A DNA stretch of 63,665 bases, the filler included, from Conidiobolus incongruus B7586 (Eukaryota), in assembly GCA_000697335.1 (NCBI GenBank). It is 12 parts of 12 records of this genome, joined end to end, with 100 filler letters (N's around TTAATTAATTAA, not from the genome) between each part and the next. Parts side by side here need not be neighbours in the genome. Positions count along the whole stretch, not along the records: positions 1 to 2,901 come from JNEM01005882.1; positions 3,002 to 14,968 come from JNEM01005883.1; 10 more parts are not named here. The stretch is one strand, 5' to 3'. This document shows positions 1 through 11,809 of the stretch, one piece after another. The translations under genes were made by a program, and so were the position numbers. The notes below the pieces were generated by a model that was given only the letters and a program-made list of their open reading frames with translations, was not told the origin of the DNA and searched no databases. Each line of letters starts with the position of its first letter. The stretch's first letter is position 1.

Positions 1-748
1 CCTTATTTTAAAGATTTTAATATATTTGTTAATTAATTTAAAACCTTAAAACTAGATTTAAATATTAATTAAAATAAAAAAAGAATATTATATTAAATAT
101 ATAATTAATTTTAAATTTATTAGTAATAAACTTTATTTTTATATAAAATAAATAAGTTATCTTATTAAAAAAGTTATATAAAAACCCTTAGAAAATATTA
201 AGAATATTTTAACTTATTATATCTATTTATAAAAATCTAAGGAATATGTTTCTTTTAAGAAATATATTAAAAAAATATTAAGAAACTAATTCTTAAAATT
301 TTTATATATATTTCTTTATAATTCAATTAGCTATAAATTATATAAAAAATAATAAATTCTTTAATAAACTAAATTTTTCTTTTTTTTCAATTCTTATTAT
401 TTTTATCTTTTATATTATTTTTAAAATTAAAACTATATTCTATTAATATTATAAAATATTAGTTTTACTTAATATAAGTTTTAATACATTAGTGACTCAT
501 TTTAATTTAAAGCTTAATTAAATTTTGTTTATATTTTTATATTATATACTATATTATATTATTATATTTTATATCATACTATCTGTATATTATACTAATA
601 ATCTTTCATTATTATATTTATATATATTTTTAGATTGAATAAATATATTATATATATATAATTAGAAAGAAATTAATTTTTTAATAATATCAATTTAAAT
701 TCTAAATTATATATTAATTTAAATTAAAATTTAATTAACATATATATA

Positions 749-2328
749 TATTAGCTTGCAAAAATAAGTTATAAAATTATGATTATATATTTTATTATCA
801 ATAACTCTGTTAATTCTTAATCAAATTAATTTAAATTAAAACATATAATAAACTTATATTATCTATTTATAATTAAGTATATTTGATTTAATTATATTAA
901 CTTTTTGTTGATATATTAAAATTTAAATTTTACCTAAAATAAGTCATAAATTTGTTTGTTTTGGTTATGGAAAGAAAATTAAAACTTAGTATATCTATCT
1001 TTTGCTTTCTTAACTTTTTTAAGTTTATAAGGTATAGATTCAACTAACTTCTTATATTAAGAAGGATTAATTCTATTCTAAGCTTCTTAAACATATTCTT
1101 AAATCTTATTTAAATTTTTTATTTGTGGGAAAGCTTTAATTATTTTTTTTAACAGATCTTAAAGGTATTTAATTAAATTAAAGTTAGGGGATTGAAGAAG
1201 CCACTTTATAACTATTATTTTATTATTATTAAACTATTTAGTAGTAGAAATAATAATATAACAAAAGGTATTATCTTATTGGAAAATAACATCTAATTTA
1301 TTTAATCTATACTATTCAATAGTTTTTTTAATTTATTATTTAGAATATTTTAGTATATCTTAGCATTAATTCCCTTATCAACTTTACAAAAAAACTCTAC
1401 ACCAAAAGATAATATATATTCCTAAACTATAATTAACCCATCATTATATTTTTGGGTTAAAATAACATAATGGTTATAAAATAGTTTCTTTTCTTTTTTA
1501 AAATATCTAGCTTTTCCATTAGATTCACTAAGATATATTTTTGTTTCATTAAACTAAATAACCTCACTCCAATTAATTTTAGTATAATTTTAATGGTGAT
1601 ATTTAAACTCTTACTTAGCTTTATAGTAAAACTTCTTTAATTGAGGGTGTTTTTTCTTAAAGTGCAAATAGTATCTATTATTATATAAAGTACATATAAT
1701 AGTATTAATACTAACTAATATTCCTGTATAGTCTTATAATTCTTTCTATATTTCTATTATAGTATTATATTTACCTATACTAACTAACCTACAAATATAG
1801 TTTTCATTATGTTTATTTATAATCTTAATACATTTAAGTTTAGGTTTAGATATATCCTTATTATAATTTTTAACAACCTTAGTTATAATAAACTAGCTAG
1901 CATTAGTAATTCTAACAATCTTATAAGTTGATTTATCTTTATTATAGAACTGATTAATATGCAAATAAATCTTTTTTAAAAGGAATTTAGGTATTTTAAT
2001 ATTAATTTTATTTAAAATATTAATTTATAATAATAATATTAGTATATATATTTATAATTTATTAAAAGAAAAATAGATTTAAGTAATTTTTGCTTTATAT
2101 ACCCCTTTAACTTCTAAACTTGCAAATTTATAACTCATTCTATTTAAAATTTAAGATTTGATATATTAACCAATAATATACTAAATATAATTAAATATAA
2201 CCTATTATAATCAGGTAAAATAATTTAATTATATACTTTAATTTAAATTAATTTAATTAAGAATTGATTAAGTTATAGGTAAATAGATAATTGATTTTTA
2301 TTTTATAACTTATTTTTGCAAGCTAGTG
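749..2328 (-). mobile_element. Full-length decayed Tc1-like DNA transposon (~1.58 kb) with ~200-bp IR/DR-type terminal inverted repeats
   Basis: Ends TATTAGCTTGCAAAAATAAGTTATAAAA (749) and TTTTATAACTTATTTTTGCAAGCTAGTG (2328) are inverted and flanked by TA. The minus strand reads KKKHPQLKK...NWSEVI*FNETKIYL (Tc1 WKRVIWSDETKI), VIFQ*DN (FQQDN) and SIPNFNLIKYL* (QSPDLNPIEHLW), with many stops. Confidence 0.85.
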
Positions 2329-2338
2329 TATATATATA

Positions 2339-2901
2339 TACTAATATATAAAAATAATTTATAAAATCAAATATATATATATTTTTATTAATAACTAAAA
2401 CAATTATATATATTAAATTATTTGAAACTATAGTATATAATTAATGTTAATTATTTGACAATAAAAAGAAATATTTAGATATTTCTAATAAATTATTAGC
2501 AAAAAAATTAATCTTTAATATTTAATTAAAAATAAGATAAATTTATAGGTTAAGATAAGAAGATATATTTAATGATCTATAACTATGTCTATTTTCTTTT
2601 TTTACTAATATTTTATATAATATTCTATAAATATATTAAATCTTTTGTTTAATATAATAATATTTATATCCTTCTCTAAAAAAATTAATTTATATATTAA
2701 TCAACCTATAATATTATTAGAATTACTAGTTTTAGCTAGTTTATTAAAGTTAAGGTTATGAAGAATAACAATAAAAGCATATTCAAACTTAAATTTAAAT
2801 ATATTAAAATTATAAATAAATATAGTAAGAAATATATTTATAGATTAATAAATTTAAGTAAATAAAATATAATTATAAATATATAACAAAAATTATAAAA
2901 C
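2339..2901 (+). mobile_element. Second, more decayed Tc1-like copy (5' part), head-to-head with the first and cut by an assembly gap
   Basis: TIR-like start TACTAATATATAAAAATAATTTATAAAATC. Positions 2700-2900 match the reverse complement of ~1720-1930. Confidence 0.7.
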
Positions 2902-3001
2902 NNNNNNNNNNNNNNNNNNNNNNNNNNNNNNNNNNNNNNNNNNNNTTAATTAATTAANNNNNNNNNNNNNNNNNNNNNNNNNNNNNNNNNNNNNNNNNNN
3001 N
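2902..3001. other. Assembly gap spacer N44-TTAATTAATTAA-N44 (also at 14969, 21101, 24248, 30979, 34129, 35379, 38187, 48334, 54948, 59697)
   Basis: The same 100-nt construct occurs 11 times. The 12-mer gives stops in all six frames, so it is artificial. Confidence 0.97.
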
Positions 3002-3328
3002 AAAATTGGAGGGAGTTACCACATCCAGTATATTCACCTGATTATAATCCATGTGATTATAATTGTTTTGGACAATTAAAAAAACAGCTTGCAGGAAAAA
3101 AAATTCCTGCAAACAAATTAAATTGGTTTGTGAAACATCAAATTTCAGTCTTTAATAAAAAGAACTGTTTTTTAGGTATTAGAAGCTTACCAAAGGTATG
3201 AAAAAAAGTTATTAATAATAAAGGAGGCTATTAATTTTATATTATTCATTAAATTTTATATATTATTTATTAATTTATTTATTTAATTTTAATTTTAAAA
3301 TTGTGCCATTACTTAATTTCTGCACTAA
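3002..3328 (+). mobile_element. Mariner transposon 3' end (least decayed copy in the window)
   Basis: Reads NWRELPHPVYSPDYNPCDYNCFGQLKKQLAG...LPKV*KKVINNKGGY*, matching the mariner HPPYSPDLAPSDY motif. It ends in the TIR GTGCCATTACTTAATTTCTGCACTAA plus TA. Confidence 0.9.
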
Positions 3329-4068
3329 TATTAAGCTTAATATAATTAACATTATGAAATTATCATTTTTCAAGTATTCAAATATATTAATATTATTTAA
3401 AGCTTTATACTCATAAAGAAAAATAATATGCAATATTTATAATAGAAGTTTAATATTTTAATTTTTTAATGTTAATTTTGATTAATAAAAAAAATTATAA
3501 AATGGGATTAAAATTATATTATATATTTAATCAATATATTTAATTATGGAAATATTATATTTTAAAACTATATACTAATTCCTCAAATAAAATTAATTTC
3601 AATAAATATTTAGTAGTTAATTTAAAATTTTATTACTATTTACCTGTATTGGTATTATTTATTAAAGAAGTGAATTAAAAAAATTTGAAATTTCAAATAT
3701 TATTTTGGTTTTAAATTCCAAATCCATATAAGTTGTTTATAGAGAGAATATCTGACATGAATAAAAATTCAAGGAAAATCAAATATAATCATGGAATATA
3801 TGTTTTCAGAGTTATAAACATATATTAAATATATTATAAATATAATAATAAAATATGAAAATTAAGGCATTATTTATTCTGTATATCATATTATATGAAT
3901 TTAATATATTTTACTAAGGAATAGTTCAAAGTAAATTATTATAAATACTTCTGATTTTAATATACTTGTAAAAAATTTGTAATATTCTATCAATGGCAAA
4001 TTTTGGAATAAAGTTAACAATTCATATATAAATTTCATTGAATAATTATTTATTTGATTTAATTACAA

Positions 4069-4395
4069 TGTGGTTACCTAGATGGCAACCCGTCTGAGCA
4101 TCTCTGCCTCGTTACCTATTTCCTTATTATGATGTTACTCAGGAAGGCGCATTACTCTACTCCAAAGGTCGCGTTCTCTAAAAGACCTATATCACTTCTA
4201 AACACTATCTTTAGCTGACAATTGGTTTATAAAAGAGCCGATATCTTAAATTTGGTTATGGAAGGTCAGTAGACCTCTCACAAGATAACAATATTTTTTC
4301 ATCCATTCAATAAAGTCTTTATACTAGTATTGTCACTGATAAAAAGTAACTTACCTACCTGAGCTATTTATCTTATATATTAATACCAACTGACA
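4069..4395 (+). mobile_element. Possible solo LTR
   Basis: GC-elevated, non-coding island bounded by TG...CA, with TATAAAAG and AATAAA in LTR-like order. No clear target-site duplication. Confidence 0.3.
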
Positions 4396-5668
4396 TTTCA
4401 AAAACATCTGCGATACTATTATTTTTTATTTTATTTTAAATAAATCATTTTTAGCAATCATTTTAGTATATTATATTTGTTCGATTCAATAATATATTAA
4501 TAATATGGAATATGTTAATAGATAAAAATTTATACCATATTACTATATTTCAATAGAATTATTATTAAATAATTAATAAAATATTAGTTATCAAATTTAT
4601 CATTAATATTAATTTGGATATATCAAGCTATACAAACCATCATTTAAAACCTTCATTATTCCATAACTCCAAATAATGTAATAAGAATGATTACTTTGTA
4701 AATAAAATTGGGAATGAATTTTTATATTAGAAAATAAATCATACCATTATTGAAACCAATATTTTTTTAATATTCAATGCCCAAAGATAGTATTAAATAG
4801 TTATTTGTATTATTGCTCTATGGAAATAACAATAAAAACTAATTATATATTTACAATACAATATTTTGAAAATATGTTAAATTGAGATTTATGAAAAGTT
4901 GACTGATTTTTTATATATACTGTATATTTAGTTAACGCTGATTCAAAACTGATTTTCTAACTTAAATAATATATAAATGAAATACTAATAACCAAGTACA
5001 AAATTGTTCAATTTTGGTATATTCTATAAAAATATAATTTATGAAAAATTAATTTGGAAAATATTATAGGTATTTTCTGATATATTTAAAACTTGATAAA
5101 ATTACAAAATAAAATTATTATACCTTAAATTACATTATTATTTTGATCTGAATTAAAAGTTTATATATTAAATAATAATCGAAGTAGTTGTTTTTAGAAC
5201 TTGTCATATATTATAATATATATATATATATATATATATTAAAATTTCAAAAGCATTTCAATTTATTATTGAAGTAAATATCAGTCAATATTAATAAATA
5301 TAGATGATTAATTTTGAATAAATATATATAGCATATTGATGATATAATGTTGTTTCAAGGTATGAACTAATTATACTTAATATTATTAAAAAATATTAAA
5401 GAAAAAATTATTATAGGATACTGAAATAATTAAAGATATTAAAATGATTACATTTTAAAATAAATGAAATATTATAAAATTGAAATTTATTAGTAAAATT
5501 AATTCAACATTGCTAATGAAAGGTAATGTTTCAAATTCAAGAGTATCAATAAAAAACAATTATATGAAATCAAAATAATACATATTCTTATCAATATTAA
5601 CATATGTGAAATGTTATTTAACATATTAGTGGTATTATTGAGATTCATTTAATAGAAATGGATTAAAG

Positions 5669-7131
5669 TCATCGAGATATTTTAACCTTCATACGCTTCT
5701 CCATCGAAGTATAAAAGAATTTAGGCTGTGGTAACTATGACATTAAGCAATCCAAAGTTTGATAAGACTAAATATAGATAATTATAAGCTTGACTTCTGT
5801 CAATAAACGAACGAGAGCCGAATATAAGTAATAGAAATTTAAGTTTGTCATCTTTCTAATCTTCTAACTAGCGGTTCAAGTTATAATCTCTAGGATTATT
5901 GAATTGTTTGGAATCGTTGTTTTGAGTATAGTGATTTAATTAGTGTACGAATAATTTTTAATTGAGTTAAATGATTACATTAGGTAAAAGATGATAGCTA
6001 TCAACATTGATGGCTTCTTCTGGAACAACGCGAGGGTGAAGACAATACAATTGGATGCATTCTTATACTTTCCAATATAACAGCTTCCAAGTACTTGAAA
6101 CCACTTTTTGCAGCGTCTAATGAAAACGTTAAATTGAGGTTAGGGAAGCATTCGACAATTTCATTAGCAACTAATTTATGGAGCTTTGAGTACTTAATCA
6201 ATTCGTAAAGGGTACAGATAAAAATATTTACTAAAGTGCTCATCCTACAACTATCAATAGTAACTCTCTTCAAAAATTCCCAAATCTGACAAAGCCGTGT
6301 GGGTTTTGCGATCAATAGTATCGATTATACTTTGTAAAATACATTGGGAAGTTTCGCTATGCTCTGCGTTGAAAGGCATTCTCAATGATTCTTTGGCTTA
6401 AATAAATACTATATTTAGAATTTGGTTTGATAGCAAAAAGGAATTAATTCGCTTAAAAATATTCTTGTTGAGGCTTTAGCAAGTTGGCGAGCGTGGTAAA
6501 TCCATTTCTTTAACTAAATATAATATTCAATAGTGTTTCGGATACTAGTCAACTGATGACATCTCAAGTATTGCAGTTGAAGTGATAAAAGAGATCAAAT
6601 TCTTGCTTGGGTTCTTTATCTTTGGATGAAATTATGTCTTTGACTAAACACTCGCCCTCAAATGAATAAATAGTTCAATCTATAAATTCTCAACCTTTTT
6701 TATTTAAATCTGGTAATAATAATTTATTTCTACCAGCATAAAACTCTTTGTCAACTGTTGACAATAAATTTATTCAGAAATGTTGAACAATTTGTATCCT
6801 GGTGCTTTAAATTTGTAGATTAAATAATACTTACTAGTTTTCATATAATTCACAAGAACCTTATTTGCATCTATATGAACTATATCAGTATATTTTTGAA
6901 TTAATTTGAGGCTAGTGGCAGCGTTTTGGAAAGTAAAATCATATCAAAACTTGATGTAATGATACAAGGCATTTTTTCCTTTGGTAAATTTGTTAATGGG
7001 CCAATGCTGTAATGGTAGATAACATCGGAATATTATGAATAGAGTATTAACAATAATGAAAAGTAGCTAACGGTCCCAAATTCAGGAGGTAAGATGCTCC
7101 AATTAATTGACAAAAATTGGTTTACAGGCAT
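5669..7131 (-). pseudogene. Cytochrome P450 pseudogene, tandem paralogue of the gene at 10276-11809
   Basis: Starts MPVNQFLSINWSILPPEFGTVSYF (intact copy MSLNQFLSIDSNTLPSTYGTVGYF) and retains ESIRMHP. It has an early TAA and frameshifts. The heme motif is degraded to FGSRSFIDR with the Cys lost. The intron donor is at the same position. Confidence 0.9.
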
Positions 7132-10100
7132 CTGTCAATAATATAAAAACTAGTAAAACTTTTTAATTTTTCAATTCTCCAGCATTCAAATATCCTATTT
7201 ACCATTTTTTGAACTTAAATCCTTTCAATTTTTAAAAAAAAAATTTATTTAAAATCATTTTTCATTAAAACACATTTCTCAAAATTATTTTCAAGGTATA
7301 GGAATATACTATATATATTGATAATTTTTTCATAATTCATCCAATGAAATCAACCTCAGATAAAAATAATGAAAATATTTTATATTTTGAATCTTGTATT
7401 GATATGACAACTTGGCTAAGATACTCAACTTACCTATATATCCTATTATTTATAGATTTCTATTGGATAGTTCAAGCTTCAAAAGAAATATAAATTTCTA
7501 ATATAGATCCAGGATCCTATTTAATATTATCAAATTTTAGGAAACTTCCCTAACTAACTTATGTCGAATAAGTATCAAGGTTAAATATCAAAAAAAGCAA
7601 AAACGCTTGATAATGTTGGACTTTAATTTTTCTACCAATAAGAAGATTTATTACTATTATTCTCTTTCAGTGAATTTTAATTTATATAAATATTCATTGG
7701 AACAAAATCAATAATTATAAATAATATATTATCAATGTATATTAAACTATATTGGAGCTATAATTAATATACTATCAATAGAAATTTTACAATTTATTTA
7801 TACTAATGTTTAGATAATAAAAAGTAAAATACTTTGAAAAATGAGATAATTCTATACTATATCAATTTGGTCAAAATGATTTTGAATAACAAACCTTTTT
7901 ATATATAACTTAATTTTTATCGATTAATGCTTTATATATTATATTGCTGCGGATCGGGAAGTCGGCTCGCCATTCAACTTAAACCATCCATCATTATTCC
8001 GAATATAATCCACACACAAGCACCATACACAATCCTTGTACAATGAGAAATTCCGGACAACCACCAGAATCAGTGATTCAACACATTGTTGTAAGCACTG
8101 ATAATACCATGAAATTACTACTGTGCACATATTTGCTCGGAGGTCATCTCAACTTGGGCCATGCCCTACATATTAATATTCTAATATAATCTCTTAAAGT
8201 ATATCATTAGCCACCTTTGGCCTTTTTGTCTAATCTATATGGTATTTATTGCAAGAATACTTGTCAGTATGCTTGCAATATCAATATTCAAATCACTAGT
8301 ATAATTTAAAGATTTCAACAAACCAAGTGCTTGTAATAAACCAAATTGATCTATATCTGATTACAGGATTTTAAGGCCATTAATTCACTTATCTCTTAAA
8401 TATGTTCAATTTCCAATCAGATCATAATTTATCCATATTAATCTTCTATTTTGCTAAATTTTTCTTAGAATTCAGTTTATTTCAATTCAATTTCAATTAA
8501 AATTCCAAAAATTCATAATCCCTCCATTATTGATTTAAAATTTATTAATAAAAAATCATCTATATTATATAAATTTTTAATTTTCTTTAAATTATCAAGC
8601 CATATGATAATTATTTGTTAAATGAGTTGCCTTCAATTTCAATTATAAAGTTACATATATTAAAGGAAATCAAGGTAAAAGCATATTTGTTCAAATTATA
8701 ATTAAATTTAAGATATTGATATTTAATTATCAAAATAAGCATTATAAAATATTTATATTTTAATATAAGGAGTTATTTATTCATTTGAAATTTATATTTA
8801 AATAGAATATCATTTTTGGAGGATATATTATTAGTGCAAAGATATATTGATATTACCGGACAAATTATAAATAATAAAATTATTAGTTATTTTCTTTAAT
8901 TTTAACTCTTTCTTTGAGCCTTATAATAATTTTTTTAAATCTATATTAAAGAAACTAATTGAAAAATCAAATTGGAGTTTTAAAATTATGGATATTCCTT
9001 GATAATGAAATAAACGTTAAAATTATGAAAATAATTACATTATAATTAACTCTAATTGTATTTCAATAGTAAATATATAATTAATTCTCATTATATCAAC
9101 GAATCTCTTTCACTATTTATATTAAAAATCATTACTTAATATTACAAAATAAACATAAAATGTAATATAAATTAACGATATAAGTTTAAATTTGTTTATA
9201 AACATTAATAGATATAATGATGATACTATCCTAATTTAAACATTATTAGTTAAAAATCAATTCAAAATAAATAGATAATCTCTTAATAATTAGTACCAGT
9301 TGATATTATCAATATATAAAAGAAATAACAGCATATTATATAACTTTCAACTATATCTATTTTTATTCAATTCAAAAAATAATAAAACCATCATACTGTT
9401 ATAATAATATGATAATTTATTTAAAATTTATTGAATAAGAATTTTATTGATATATATTTAATTAGATTATTAATCGCTATCATATAATATGTTTAACATT
9501 TACAATGAATTTTCAAAATTACCACATTATTAAATAGGCATTTTCAAAAACATTAATAATATAATCACATGATAGAGAATATTGATAATATAATTGATTT
9601 ATTAAAATAATACAAAATTTCATTAATGTACTGTAAATAAAAAAAATTCTTTAACATCTTCACACCAATATTATTAGATTTTCAAAATCATATTTTTGAT
9701 TTGTCAAATATATAATAAATAAAAAAATAGAATTAATATATTTTGCAATGTTAATAGGATAACAAATAAGGGAAAGTATGAAATAAAATTTAATTATATT
9801 AAGAATAAACTAAATTAAGAATGATTACATAGAAATAATATATATGGATTTTACTGAATCTAGTTTGAAGATTTAATAGTATAAAAATTTTTAATTCATA
9901 GTTTTGATTATATATATTTGAATTTTTGTCAAAAAATTTCAATTTAAGATCCAAATTATATAGCATAGGCTGATGAAATATTGTGATTAGGAAAATTTCA
10001 AGAGAATATATTTTAAATCAATATAAACAAACTTATCTAATCTGTTTAAGAGAATATATAACAATATAGTATTATTAATCAAAATGGTGAAAAATGAAAT

Positions 10101-10275
10101 GATATCAGTTTAATAATATCCAGTTTATTTCAAATAAAAATAAAATAATTAAAAAATATATTCGTATAGAATTTTTGCAAGTGTGAATAAATATATAATC
10201 AATTGTTGAATAGATCCTCCAGAACAATTGATGGGCTATAGATTTAAAAGATTCTATTGTTGTTAAAGTTGAAAA

Positions 10276-11809
10276 TTAATTTCTTCGTGATATTCTAACT
10301 CTCATACGTTGCTCTTTTGGAGTATAAATGAATTTAAACACTGGTGTCAATTCAGTGTCAATTAATTCAAGATTAAAATTTCTGATCAAATTAGACAAGA
10401 CTAAATAAAGCTGACTCCAAGCTAAATCTCTGCCAAGACATGAACGAGGACCTGATCCAAATAACAGTAAGTGGGATCTGTTAGCTTCGTAATCTTCTCC
10501 TAACCAGCGGTCCAAGTTATATTCTCTAGGATTTTTCCAATACTTAGGATCGTTGTTTTGAGCATAGTTATCTATTCCAATTTCGGTCTAAAGTAAATTG
10601 AATACATTAGTTCATATTTAATTATTAAATGATTCAAATAATTACATTTGGTGGAAGATAATAGCCATTAATAGTGATGCCACCTTCTGGAACAACGCGA
10701 GGATGAGGACCAATAGCAACTGGATGCATTCTCATACTTTCTAAAATAGCGGCTGTCAAGTATTTCAAATCACTCTTCGCATCATCTACTGAAATGGGTT
10801 GACTCAAATCAGGGAAGCGTTCGATAATTTCATTAGCAACTGATTTATAATACTCTGGATGTTTAAGTAGTTCGTAGAGGGTCCAAGTAAGAGTATTGGC
10901 TGTGGTATCCGTACCAGCAACTAACAATGTTAAACTCTCATCAACAATTTCTGAGTCACTTAAAGTAGCACCAGTTTCGGGGTCTTTAGCATCAATCATA
11001 CTTTGAAGGATATCATGATGAACTTCGTCACATGTTCTACGGTGTTGGATATTCTCAAGAATTATTCGCTTAAAACAATGATCCATTGGTAATTTTATAT
11101 ACTTGTAAAAAGGAATTAACTCTCTTAAAATCAAAGCTATTGGAGTTTTAGCAAGTTCAACAACAAAATGATTCCCATTCATTTCGTCTTCTATAGTATT
11201 AAATGGTGTTCCAAATACTAGTCGACTGATGACATCCAAAGTGCTGCGGTTGAAAAGGTGAAAGAGATCGAATTCGCGACTGGGTTCGTTATCCAAGAAT
11301 GAATTTATATGTCTTACTAAATCCTCGCTTCCAACATCGTAAATAGTTGACTCCATAGCATCTAAAGATTTATTATTGAAAGCTGGTGAGATTAACCTCT
11401 TCCTACCAACGTGGAATTCTTTGTCACGTGTTGAGAACAAATTTGGTCCACTGATATTGAATACTTTGTAAAATGGTGCTTTAGCAAACTTGTAAGTCAA
11501 GTAATACTTACGAGCTTCAACCCCATTAAGAAGAACCGTGTTACCAGATTTATGTACTACATCACCATACTTTTGATGTAATTCAAGACCAGTCTCAGGG
11601 TTTCCGGTAACGAAATTATATAAATATTTGATATAATGATAAAAAGCATTCTTGTCCCTTGGTAAATTTCTTAATGGGCCTATATAGAAAGGGTAGATGA
11701 TATTAGAATAAGTAAAATATAAAATTAAAGCTGACGCAAAGTAGCCAACTGTTCCATATGTGGATGGCAAAGTATTTGAATCAATTGATAGAAATTGATT
11801 TAAAGACAT
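10276..11809 (-). CDS. Cytochrome P450 monooxygenase, 2 exons (11809-10646, 10587-10276), ~491 aa
   Basis: N-terminal TM anchor, I-helix AGTDTT, ExxR (ESMR), PREYNLDRW and heme motif FGSGPRSCLG. A GT-AG intron at 10645-10588 joins the two ORFs in frame. Confidence 0.95.

Noticed and set aside
2946..2957. Recurring TTAATTAATTAA as a biological repeat or CRISPR-like array
   Set aside because: It is always centred in 44+44 N, so it is an assembly linker.
7945..7975. Group I intron Q element (GATCCGCAGC) or RNase P CR-I (GGGAAGTCGG)
   Set aside because: The partner elements (P, R, S, or CR-V at a suitable distance) were not found.
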